Shown here piece after piece: positions 43,006 to 52,104 of a stretch of DNA of 64,000 nucleotides. Origin of the DNA: Candidatus Pacearchaeota archaeon (GTDB lineage Archaea; Nanobdellota; Nanobdellia; Pacearchaeales; GW2011-AR1). Position numbers and translations under genes: made by a program. Every line of letters begins with the position of its first letter. Position 1 is the stretch's first letter. The notes beneath the pieces were generated by a model, which saw nothing but the letters and a program-made list of their open reading frames with translations, was not told the origin of the DNA and did no database searches. The stretch lies in the NCBI GenBank assembly GCA_050303855.1, contig JBNLCO010000010.1, forward strand, positions 124,093 to 188,092, given 5' to 3'.

Positions 43006-43886
43006 AATCCAAACCATTTGTAAATATTGTATTGCTAAATTTAAACAATTATTTGGATACAGTAGAATGTTTGGATTCGATTAAAAATATAGAATATAAG
43101 AAATGGGGCATAACGCTTTTAGATAATGGATCTACAGACAATTCTTTTGATAAGTTGAAGAAGAAATATGGAAAGAACAAGAAAATAAAATTCATGTCAA
43201 ACAAAACAAACTTAGGATTTGCTAAAGCAAACAATCAGGCTATGAAAAAGGACCTATTTGACTCTGATTATTTTCTTTTGTTAAATAATGATACAATTGT
43301 TAAGAGAGATTTTTTAACAAAACTTGTTCATGAAGAAAAAGATCTAATTTCTCCTTTAATTTACAACTACTATTCTAAGAAAGAATTGAGTAGAAACGAT
43401 TTTCCAGGAAAATTCAATCTTTTTATTGGAGGGGGGAGAGCAATCAACCCTGTGAGAGATAAAACAACCAAGGTAGATTATGCTTCAGGGTGTTGTTGGT
43501 TAATAAAGAAGTCATTATTCAAAGAAACAAACGGGTTTAACGAGGAATATTTTGCATATAATGAGGAAGTTGAGTGGGCGTATAGGTTGAGAAAATCAGG
43601 CTATCAATTTTACTTGTCCGGCCATTCAAAGATCTGGCACAAAGGGGCAAAAACCTCTTCTAAAATATCAGGTTTCAAAATGAAATTTATGAACCGAAAT
43701 ATAATCTGGTTTGAAAAAAAATATGCCGGATGGAAATATCCTATTTTCCTAATATATTTATTTTTATATAGGGTTCCAAAGAACATTATTAAGATTATCG
43801 TCTCGAGGAAAGAAGTTGTTAAAAACATAAAGAGTTTTTTTTCAGGTCTTGGAGAAGGTTTATTTTCAAAAGAGGTAAATCAATAA
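43002..43886 (+). CDS. GT2-family glycosyltransferase
   Basis: The ATG at 43002 (ATGA overlap) gives MKSKPFVNIVLLNLNNYLDTVECLDSI...LLDNGSTDNS...LLLNNDTIV... Confidence 0.8.
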   Translation: MKSKPFVNIVLLNLNNYLDTVECLDSIKNIEYKKWGITLLDNGSTDNSFDKLKKKYGKNKKIKFMSNKTNLGFAKANNQAMKKDLFDSDYFLLLNNDTIVKRDFLTKLVHEEKDLISPLIYNYYSKKELSRNDFPGKFNLFIGGGRAINPVRDKTTKVDYASGCCWLIKKSLFKETNGFNEEYFAYNEEVEWAYRLRKSGYQFYLSGHSKIWHKGAKTSSKISGFKMKFMNRNIIWFEKKYAGWKYPIFLIYLFLYRVPKNIIKIIVSRKEVVKNIKSFFSGLGEGLFSKEVNQ

Positions 43887-43910
43887 AAACCCTTTTTTAC
43901 TGAAGAAAGT

Positions 43911-45716
43911 ATGTGTGGAATAAACGGATTTAATTTTTTAGACAAAAAAACTCTAAGATCTATGAATGGGTCTCTGAGTCATAGGGGCCCTGACGGATCA
44001 GGAGAATTCTTTGATACAAGGGGCAAAGTTTCACTCGGGCATCTAAGACTTTCTATTATTGACTTATCTAAAAAAGGATCTCAGCCAATGACTTATACCC
44101 ACAAAGGGAAGAAGGTAGTTATTGTATTTAATGGGGAAATCTATAATTTTATGGAAATAAAAGAAGATCTCTTGAAAAAAGGACATAGGTTTAAATCAAA
44201 TTCGGATACGGAGATTATAACTGCAAGTTATTTGGAATGGGGAAAGGAATGTGTAAAGAAGTTCAACGGTATGTGGGCTTTTTGTATCTATGATCCTCAA
44301 AAAGAAATCTTGTTCTTATCCAGAGACCGAATTGGAAAAAAGCCAATTTACTATTACTTTGATAAGAAGAAATTTATTTTTTCATCAGAAATAAAGGGTA
44401 TATTGGAACATAAAGTAAAGAAAAAAATAAATCCAGAGTCATTGGATCTTTATTTCTCTCTAGGATTCATCCCTGCTCCTTATTCAATTTATGAGAATAT
44501 ATTTAAGCTAGAGCAAAGACAATCAGTGATATTTGATTTGAACAAGAAAAAACTTACAAAAGAATATTATTATCACTGGCCCGAATATTCACCAAAGAGA
44601 AATAAAGATAAGAATATCGAAGAAATAAAGAATCTTCTGAGGGACTCGGTTAAGAGGAGAATGATTTCTGATGTCCCTTTAGGCGCTTTCCTTTCTGGAG
44701 GTCTCGATAGCTCGACAATAGTTAACTTTGCAAAGAAACTAAACCCAAACATAAATACTTATTCAATTGGATTTGAAGGCAAATATGATGAAACCCAAAA
44801 CATAAACCAAATAGTTAAAAAATTCAAGACAAAACACCACCATAAATATTATCACGAATCTGATTTCAAAAAAGGTTTAAAGAAAATATTTTATTACTAT
44901 GATGAGCCTTTTTCGGATCCTTCCATGTTTCCAACTATATTTCTTTCAAGGTTTGCTCGTCAAAAAATCACAGTATCTCTTAGCGGAGATGGAGGGGATG
45001 AAATTTTTGGAGGTTATCCAAGGTACAAAAAAGCAAAACAACTTGAGAAATTAATGAAAATCCCAAGATTTTTAAGAAAAATTGTTTTACATCTCCCCCT
45101 GCCTTATTCTCTCAAAGAAGGAATCAAATTAAGTTTGAATAAAAAGGATTTGTTCTATTCTGAAGCAAGAAGTGATTTCTATAAACCATTCGTTACTAAG
45201 AATCTGCTTCAAGAAAAATTAGCATCGTGTCTTAAAAGAACAAAAGGCAACCTTGTAGAGGCAGTTAGGCTGATGGACATTGAATTTTATACTCTTCCGG
45301 ATAATTTCTTAACTAAGGTAGACCGAGCTTCTATGGCCAATGGATTAGAGATTAGATGTCCTTTTTTAGATTACAAAATTATAGAATACTCTATGAAAAT
45401 TCCAACAAAATATAGGGTTTCATTATTTAGAGATAAAATTCTTTTTAAGAAAATTATAAAGAATTTCTTGCCCAAAAAGATTATCTCACAAAAAAAGAAA
45501 GGATTTACTCCTCCAATAAATGATTGGATTTCTCGAAAAGAGTACGGAGATACACTCAACAAAATCATATCTGAATTGGAAAAAAATAAGGTGTTGTCTG
45601 GAGATTGGATCAATTTTTATAAAAAAAGGATACTGGATAGAAACTCTCTTGTTGAAAATAACTATAAAATAAGACTTTATTTGTTCTATGAATGGTATAA
45701 ACTTTGGATTAAATAG
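43911..45716 (+). CDS. asnB: asparagine synthase (glutamine-hydrolysing) family amidotransferase
   Basis: N-terminal nucleophile MCGI..., ...GHLRLSIIDLS...; PP-loop ...FLSGGLDSS... Confidence 0.85.
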   Translation: MCGINGFNFLDKKTLRSMNGSLSHRGPDGSGEFFDTRGKVSLGHLRLSIIDLSKKGSQPMTYTHKGKKVVIVFNGEIYNFMEIKEDLLKKGHRFKSNSDTEIITASYLEWGKECVKKFNGMWAFCIYDPQKEILFLSRDRIGKKPIYYYFDKKKFIFSSEIKGILEHKVKKKINPESLDLYFSLGFIPAPYSIYENIFKLEQRQSVIFDLNKKKLTKEYYYHWPEYSPKRNKDKNIEEIKNLLRDSVKRRMISDVPLGAFLSGGLDSSTIVNFAKKLNPNINTYSIGFEGKYDETQNINQIVKKFKTKHHHKYYHESDFKKGLKKIFYYYDEPFSDPSMFPTIFLSRFARQKITVSLSGDGGDEIFGGYPRYKKAKQLEKLMKIPRFLRKIVLHLPLPYSLKEGIKLSLNKKDLFYSEARSDFYKPFVTKNLLQEKLASCLKRTKGNLVEAVRLMDIEFYTLPDNFLTKVDRASMANGLEIRCPFLDYKIIEYSMKIPTKYRVSLFRDKILFKKIIKNFLPKKIISQKKKGFTPPINDWISRKEYGDTLNKIISELEKNKVLSGDWINFYKKRILDRNSLVENNYKIRLYLFYEWYKLWIK

Positions 45717-46821
45717 TTTCAAATATTTTTATAAACCTTTTAGAGAATTTTTTTAATTCAAATTCCTTTATGAATTTTTTTCTTCCCGTAAGACCCATTT
45801 TTTTCCTTTTGTTGAAATTCTTTAACTTTAAAACAGCCTCCGCTATTTCTTCGGGTTTATTTTCCTTTAGAACGAATCCTGTTTTTTCATCATCAATTAT
45901 TGAGGGTATGGTTGCTATTCCATTTGCAACAACAGGGATCCCAAACATCATCCCTTCAATTATAACCCTTCCAAAAGTCTCCAAGGGATATTCTGTTGGA
46001 AATATTATAATATCAGACTTACTTAGGACCATGTTTTTTTCCTCTCCTGATTTTTTTCCTAGGTAAGAGATGTTCTCTTGTAGATTGTGTGATGTGGCAA
46101 AATTCTTGAATAAATTGAATTCGTTTTTTCCAGGAAAAGCGCCAACAAAAGCACAATTAAATTTTAATCCAGATTTTTTTAATAAAACACAAGATTGAAG
46201 TAGTTTCATCCATCCTTTGGAGATATCCATATTTGATAAAAAAAGAAGGTCAAGTTTTCGTTTTGAACTTTTTTTGTTTATAAGTTTACTTAGTTCTTTT
46301 TCGGATACCACGTTCTCAATTGCGTTAGGAAGTAAAATTATGTTCTCTCTAGATATTGAACCGTGTAGATCTTTGATAAGTTCTTCTCCTAACAGAATGA
46401 TTTTTTGGTTTTTAATCATCTTTGATAATTTTCGCTTAAACGATTTTTTTCCCCAATCGTTATCAAGAATCCTACTCCTTAGATGAAAAATAATCTTTCC
46501 CGCATAATTCTTCTTTATTTGTTTCCAGAATAAATAATCTCTCTTGAAACCCCAGGAAGAAGTTGCAGGGACAAAATATATTACGTCTGGGTTAAATTTC
46601 TTTAAAGTCTTTTTAATCATAGATCTTACCTTAAAAAAACCCCTTATTTTTTCGATATTGAATTTTCCTATATCAGATATTTTTTTAGAATAGTTTAGAC
46701 GAATGTTTTCTACATCAAATTTTCTAGAATCATTTAATATCTTAAGGCACATCTCGCTAGAAAGTGCACTCCCGTAATTAGGGGGAGGTAACGGACTTAT
46801 GAACAAGATTCTCTTTTTCAT
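45709..46821 (-). CDS. GT-B fold glycosyltransferase (GT4/GT1-like)
   Basis: Contains ...FPTEYPLETFGRVIIEGMMFGIPVVANGIATIPSIIDDEKTGFVL... Confidence 0.75.
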   Translation of the reverse strand: MKKRILFISPLPPPNYGSALSSEMCLKILNDSRKFDVENIRLNYSKKISDIGKFNIEKIRGFFKVRSMIKKTLKKFNPDVIYFVPATSSWGFKRDYLFWKQIKKNYAGKIIFHLRSRILDNDWGKKSFKRKLSKMIKNQKIILLGEELIKDLHGSISRENIILLPNAIENVVSEKELSKLINKKSSKRKLDLLFLSNMDISKGWMKLLQSCVLLKKSGLKFNCAFVGAFPGKNEFNLFKNFATSHNLQENISYLGKKSGEEKNMVLSKSDIIIFPTEYPLETFGRVIIEGMMFGIPVVANGIATIPSIIDDEKTGFVLKENKPEEIAEAVLKLKNFNKRKKMGLTGRKKFIKEFELKKFSKRFIKIFETI

Positions 46822-47549
46822 TTTATCAAGGTTGTGTGTTTAAGGAGGTATTTATTTGCCATAAAACTTCGTTTCACTTTTTTCCAAGTATGTCTGAAAT
46901 CGGTTATTAACCTATAGAACCATTCCAAACCAATAGATTGGAAAAACGTTGGAGATTGTTTTTTGTTCCCTTTTGCATAATCAAAGAATGCACCGACATT
47001 AAAGAAAAAAGACACATTTACTTTTTCTGATAAATCGTTAGATAAAATTTCCTGTTTGGGGTTTCCAATTGCAATCCAAACATAATCTGTCTTTATTTTT
47101 TTTATCTTTTTTACTAATTCACTGTCATCAAATTTCTCTTTTTTTAGTTGAGGAAGCCCGTAGTAAAAACAACTTGTTTTTTTTAATAAAGGGTATTTTT
47201 CAACAATGTTTTCTATATCTTCTTCTGAAAAATTTCCAATAAATAAATGTCTTTTTCCTTTTAGAATAGCCTCATTTTTCATAAAAGAATCTGAGAAATC
47301 AGGACCCTTCAATCTTTTTACGGGTTTTAGAAATTTGAAGGATAATATAATGGAGAGGATAAAACCATCAACAAAGTTATAATTTTTGTCTTTTAATATA
47401 TGTTCTCTAAAAATTTTGTGATTTCTGAACAAATATACAGTGTGAGAATTTACAAAATTAAAAATAGAATTTTTTGGGAATTCATTCTGAGAGATTCTTT
47501 CAAATAAACCATTAATTGACGTTTCTGTTAAACCTAATGATTCTTTCAT
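46818..47549 (-). CDS. WecB/TagA/CpsF-family (GT26) glycosyltransferase
   Basis: Contains ...IAIGNPKQEIL...VGAFFDYAKGNKKQSPTFFQSIGLEWFYRLITDFRHTWKK... Confidence 0.8.
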   Translation of the reverse strand: MKESLGLTETSINGLFERISQNEFPKNSIFNFVNSHTVYLFRNHKIFREHILKDKNYNFVDGFILSIILSFKFLKPVKRLKGPDFSDSFMKNEAILKGKRHLFIGNFSEEDIENIVEKYPLLKKTSCFYYGLPQLKKEKFDDSELVKKIKKIKTDYVWIAIGNPKQEILSNDLSEKVNVSFFFNVGAFFDYAKGNKKQSPTFFQSIGLEWFYRLITDFRHTWKKVKRSFMANKYLLKHTTLIK

Positions 47550-47585
47550 GTAAATTTAAGAAATAAGCCCATTAAAAGGGTTTTG

Positions 47586-48980
47586 CTACCCTCTATTTCT
47601 TCTCCGAGAATAAATTATACCCACAAAATAAATTAGTCTGCTTGCTATCGTAGCGAAACAAGCTCCAAGTACTGCTTGAAACATTCCAGGGGGACCAAAG
47701 AAGCCATGATTTAAACCATAAGTTATTCCGAAATAGTTAAACCCAATATTAAAAATTGTACTTACGATTAGAAGCTTTGCAATTACACTTGTTTTCTTTT
47801 GTGAAATCATATAGTTATCGTATATTCCTGAAATCGGAAGTAAGAAAATTATAGCCGCTAGAAGTTTTAGGATAGGAACGGCTGTCAGATATTCTGAACC
47901 ATAAGCAATTTTAACAACATAATAAGCGATAAAATAAGTTATTATTGCAGATAAAAATGCGATTAGGAAAGTTATATTTCTAGATTTCTTAAATAATCTT
48001 TCTAGAGATCTACCTTCAAGTTTAGCAAATAAAGGGAATAGTGCTGCAGCAGTAAAACCGATTATTGCTGTGGCAGAACCCACCAAACTAAATGCTGCCC
48101 CATAATATGCTATAAATTCTTCTGAAACAAAATGTCCAAGCATAAGAGTATCAATATATCCAAAAAACACTCCCGAAAGGGCTGTGACCGTTAAAGGGAG
48201 AAGGAATTTCTTTACTTCTTTTACTTCTTGTTTATCTAATTTTCCAGCTTTCCCTTTTACGAAAGAGACTTTCTTCCTTGCCATGAGGGCAAATATGAAG
48301 AGACTAATTGCATAACAAATCGTTAAAGAAAGTAAAACAAGTGCTACAACGGTTCCATTTGATAAACTTGTCTTTAGCAAGAACAAAATAGTCAAAGGAA
48401 CAATTGTCAATCTTAGGGTCTGAAATATTATTTCCTTTACAAGAGGCATCTTGAAATTATTTGTTGCTTTAAAAGACTGCTCAAAGAAATTTAGGAATCC
48501 TACAATTGGTATATAAAGGCCTCCTACCAGCAAAGCATAGAATATTGGTTTGTTATAATATCCATTTGCAACAAAATAAGCACTTGCTAGGAGAACTAAG
48601 GAGCACACTGTGGTTAAAACAAATTTCCATCTTAATAAGGTTCTGAAATATTTTTTAGCTTTTTCTAGATCTTTTCTTCCAAGAACTTTAGAAATAAACG
48701 TGACAACGCCTGTTGATATCCCAAAATCAGAAAATGCAGAAAACAAAACAATTGTGGATAGTGCAAGTGAATAAAGGCCCATTCTCTCTGGCATAAGTAG
48801 TCTTGCAACGATTATTGTGAAAAAAAGTGATCCAAACTTAATTGTCAAATTTTCTGCTAATTGGTAACTAGAATTCTTTATAGCTTGTCCAGTGTTTCCT
48901 GAAAAATCTCTCTTCTTAAAACGCCTGAAAACATTTCTCGCATCTCCTTCTTCCTTTTCTAAAAAATCATCCATGAACAA
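47586..48980 (-). CDS. MOP-superfamily oligosaccharide flippase (Wzx-like polysaccharide biosynthesis protein)
   Basis: 464 aa with a 12-14-TM-like profile; position at the head of the minus-strand GT sub-operon. Confidence 0.7.
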   Translation of the reverse strand: MFMDDFLEKEEGDARNVFRRFKKRDFSGNTGQAIKNSSYQLAENLTIKFGSLFFTIIVARLLMPERMGLYSLALSTIVLFSAFSDFGISTGVVTFISKVLGRKDLEKAKKYFRTLLRWKFVLTTVCSLVLLASAYFVANGYYNKPIFYALLVGGLYIPIVGFLNFFEQSFKATNNFKMPLVKEIIFQTLRLTIVPLTILFLLKTSLSNGTVVALVLLSLTICYAISLFIFALMARKKVSFVKGKAGKLDKQEVKEVKKFLLPLTVTALSGVFFGYIDTLMLGHFVSEEFIAYYGAAFSLVGSATAIIGFTAAALFPLFAKLEGRSLERLFKKSRNITFLIAFLSAIITYFIAYYVVKIAYGSEYLTAVPILKLLAAIIFLLPISGIYDNYMISQKKTSVIAKLLIVSTIFNIGFNYFGITYGLNHGFFGPPGMFQAVLGACFATIASRLIYFVGIIYSRRRNRG

Positions 48981-49024
48981 CGAAGGAGGATTTTATTTTT
49001 ATATATATTGGATTTAAAGAAATC

Positions 49025-50542
49025 TTAATCTTTATGAATCTTTTTTATTATCTCGCCAAATGCAGGTCTTGTAATGAAAACCCCTACAGAAATACCAATT
49101 ATTGTTGTTATTGCGAACCCTTTTAATAAACCTGCTCCAGCCCACATTAGAGGAAGTAGTGAAACCAATGCGGTGAAATAAGCTCCCATAATTATTGCAA
49201 ATGCCCTTTTCAACCTTTGCTTGAGGCTCATAACCGTCTTGTTTCTAGATTCGTCAAGCAAAACAATTTGATCATCAAATCCTGTACCAATTGTAGCCAG
49301 TATTCCCGCAATTCCCGCTAAATCTATGTTCCAATCTATTAAAGAAGCTATCCCTAAAATAATTATAATTTCTGAAAAACTAACCACAACTAGAGCTATT
49401 GAAGACTTAAAATCACGGTATCTAATGAACACCACAATTGATGCTGCTATAAGTGCGGCTATTCCAGCAAGCATGATGAATTTTATGAAATTATTTCCAA
49501 GGGTGGGAGATATTGTATCAAGCTTTACAATTTCTAATTGGTAAGGCAAGCTACCTGTTATTAAAACTGTTTTAAGTCTATTCATTTCTGCCTGAGCGTT
49601 GTCGTATGCTTCTTCGATAGTTGCCCCTGATTCTGAACCCGAAATAGAAATTCTTGTTTCTAATTGGCCTTTAAGTCCTGTACTAATTTGTAAGCTACTT
49701 ACAAGAGAATCATCAACATAAAGGTCAAGTGATTCTTCCAAATAAGTTGGATTGGAATCATTTGATGAAAGATTAGACGTTACTTTTGCGAATTTCTTTG
49801 CTGCTTCTGGGCTTAGAGTTATTCCGAATTGGAAACTACAAACTGGATCGTTGGTAGGGCAGGACACATAAGACTCTTGGGCATTGTTACTTACGGAAGC
49901 TATATCTTTATCCCCTCCAATAAATACAATTTCATCCCCGATTTTGGCTTCAAATTTACCTTGATTTTCGATTAGATCTTTCAAGTCTTTAGGGGTAGAT
50001 CCTGCAATCTCTATTAACATGAAATAATTCCCATCCAAATCTCTTACTGGGCTTACCTTAACATCGGATAAACCATATACGTTTAATCTGTTTGTTGTAA
50101 TTGAAACCAAATCGCTTATTTCTTCTGAATTTAATTCTTGCCCTTTAGCTTTGATTAACGCTCTTGCCCCTCCTGATAAATCCAACCCAGTTTTTATAGA
50201 AGTTTTGGGTATTTGGGCAACGGTTATTTCAGGGGCTGAACTAGAATAATAAATTATCTCTGAACCCTTTGTTTGAAAAACCATTTTTGTGTTTCCATTC
50301 AAGAATTTCCCTTGCAAATAATTTGAGAAATCTGAAAGGTTTTCTATTTTTACATTGTCAATAGAAGTTATTATTTGTCCTTGCCGGAATCCTTGGTCAA
50401 AAGCGGTAGAATTGGCTTCTACGCTAGTAACCAAAACTCCTTTTTGTAAAATGGTAAAACCATTTGATGAAACGAAAATAGACAATAAGGAGATCAAAAT
50501 TAGGATTAACCAGATCCAAGTCTTAATTCCAAGTTTCTTCAT
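49025..50542 (-). CDS. secD: protein-export membrane protein SecD
   Basis: 505 aa. N-terminal TM segment, large periplasmic-type domain, C-terminal 5-TM block (...GIAGILATIGTGFDDQIVLLDE...). Confidence 0.8.
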   Translation of the reverse strand: MKKLGIKTWIWLILILISLLSIFVSSNGFTILQKGVLVTSVEANSTAFDQGFRQGQIITSIDNVKIENLSDFSNYLQGKFLNGNTKMVFQTKGSEIIYYSSSAPEITVAQIPKTSIKTGLDLSGGARALIKAKGQELNSEEISDLVSITTNRLNVYGLSDVKVSPVRDLDGNYFMLIEIAGSTPKDLKDLIENQGKFEAKIGDEIVFIGGDKDIASVSNNAQESYVSCPTNDPVCSFQFGITLSPEAAKKFAKVTSNLSSNDSNPTYLEESLDLYVDDSLVSSLQISTGLKGQLETRISISGSESGATIEEAYDNAQAEMNRLKTVLITGSLPYQLEIVKLDTISPTLGNNFIKFIMLAGIAALIAASIVVFIRYRDFKSSIALVVVSFSEIIIILGIASLIDWNIDLAGIAGILATIGTGFDDQIVLLDESRNKTVMSLKQRLKRAFAIIMGAYFTALVSLLPLMWAGAGLLKGFAITTIIGISVGVFITRPAFGEIIKKIHKD

Positions 50543-51432
50543 CTTGAACCTCCGTGTTTTTTATGGAAGTACCACTTAAGTATTGAAACATTGGTGATCC
50601 AAGTGTTTATCATATCAAAGAATAATCCTATTACAAGGATTGTGAAAATTTGAGTTAAAATTTCTGAGAAAGATGAGGCAACAAACAGAGCTATTGCCAT
50701 AGCAAAAAATGAAGTTAAAGTCATAGTCATACCGGTCTTAAAAGCCCCAGATATTCTTTCGTTTAGAGAGCCTTCGTGACGTTTCAATACTCTGTTTGTA
50801 AGAAGGATATCCGTATCCACAGAATAACCAATAAGCATAAGCAAAGCAATTATTCCTGCGCTAGACATCTTTATTCCAAAGAGATTTATTGCAACAAGGG
50901 TTAACAGGATATCTGCAAAAGCAGAAATTATAACTGCTCCTGAAGGAATTAGATCTTTGAAAATTATGAAAACAACTATTGCCATAAATAAGAATGCTAC
51001 AAGAACTGCAATTATCAATTGCTTATAGAAACTTTCACCAAAAGAAGATCCTGTTGAAATTATGTCTGAATTCTCTCCAGATATTAATTCGTAACCCAAG
51101 AATGTCTCTAATTCGGCTTTAGCTGTGTCAACATCTGAAGTAGTTTCTATTGTGAGGGCTATTTGCTCTTGAGTTAGAAGATCAGAGATTTCTCTTACTG
51201 CGAGATTATCCAATTTTGGTTCTAGAGCTAAGGTTAATTCGGAAGCGGATATTTTATCATAAACAGTTATTGAAGTTCCCCCTGTAAGGGAGATATCTTT
51301 CTCAAAGAATGCTCCGTGGTTTGAATTATAAACTCCAAGATAAACTAGTGAAAATAGGATTAAAACTGCAGGGATAATTAGCAAATATTTGTAAGATTTA
51401 TCATGCCAGTGTTTTTTTGTTGATTCTTCCAT
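50539..51432 (-). CDS. secF: protein-export membrane protein SecF
   Basis: 297 aa, ...LLMLIGYSVDTDILLTNRVLK...; 4-nt overlap with secD. Confidence 0.8.
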   Translation of the reverse strand: MEESTKKHWHDKSYKYLLIIPAVLILFSLVYLGVYNSNHGAFFEKDISLTGGTSITVYDKISASELTLALEPKLDNLAVREISDLLTQEQIALTIETTSDVDTAKAELETFLGYELISGENSDIISTGSSFGESFYKQLIIAVLVAFLFMAIVVFIIFKDLIPSGAVIISAFADILLTLVAINLFGIKMSSAGIIALLMLIGYSVDTDILLTNRVLKRHEGSLNERISGAFKTGMTMTLTSFFAMAIALFVASSFSEILTQIFTILVIGLFFDMINTWITNVSILKWYFHKKHGGSR

Positions 51433-51443
51433 TTGAAATTCTA

Positions 51444-51531
51444 TGCGCGGACCGGGGATCGAACCCGGATCAACTGGTCTCTTCAGACAACCTGTGGAAG
51501 CCAGTTATTCTAACCATTAAACTATCCACGC
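51444..51531 (-). tRNA. tRNA-Gly(UCC) with a 16-nt intron at the canonical 37/38 position
   Basis: Manual fold. Acceptor GCGTGGA/TCCGCGC plus discriminator A73; D arm GTTT-AATGGTTA-GAAT; anticodon stem ACTGG/CCAGT; loop CTTCCA|intron CAGGTTGTCTGAAGAG|A; T arm CCGGG-TTCGATC-CCCGG. No encoded CCA. Confidence 0.85.
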
Positions 51532-51891
51532 CTATTTATCTATATTGTGGGTGTGTTTTAAAGGTTTTTGCTTTTCCCAATGTAATTTTCTATGGCAGTT
51601 GGCACAAAGCACTTTGCATTTTTTAATCTCATGAAGTATCCTCTTAATTGAATATCCTTCGGAAACCATCTTGGCAACTTCCATTTCTTTATCATCCCTT
51701 TGGTGATGAAAATCTATTGTGGCGGGATGGTTTTCTTTGCAAATTGTGCAACCCAAACTATCCTTATAGTTGCGAAACCAGGATTTTATTTCTTTTTTCC
51801 TTCTTGCCACGTGCTTTATCTCTGATTCCTTATTTTTGCTGTACCAATTTTTCCGATACTCCAATCTTTTTTTACGGTCTTTGAAGGGCAT
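51532..51891 (-). CDS. HNH endonuclease-domain protein (119 aa)
   Basis: Contains ...GCTICKENHPATIDFHHQRDD...VLCANCHRKLH... (Cys-box plus HNH signature). Its stop codon directly abuts the tRNA-Gly 5' end. Confidence 0.7.
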   Translation of the reverse strand: MPFKDRKKRLEYRKNWYSKNKESEIKHVARRKKEIKSWFRNYKDSLGCTICKENHPATIDFHHQRDDKEMEVAKMVSEGYSIKRILHEIKKCKVLCANCHRKLHWEKQKPLKHTHNIDK

Positions 51892-51944
51892 ATAAATTTC
51901 AGGATTTAAACCATTATAAAAGGTTGTAACCTCTTAAGAATAAA

Positions 51945-52020
51945 ACGCCCGAGACAGGATTTGAACCTGCGACCTATTCCTTAGGAGGGAATCGCTCTAA
52001 TCCAGGCTGAGCTACCCGGG
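51945..52020 (-). tRNA. tRNA-Arg(CCU)
   Basis: Manual fold: GCCCGGG-TA-GCTC-AGCCTGGATTA-GAGC-G-ATTCC-CTCCTAA-GGAAT-AGGTC-GCAGG-TTCAAAT-CCTGT-CTCGGGC-G. Confidence 0.88.
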
Positions 52021-52104
52021 CAATTGTTCTCAGAACAAGAAAAGGAGATTTAAATGTTATGCAAGGAACTAAATCTTTAATAATAAGGCTTTAGATGCGA
52101 AATA

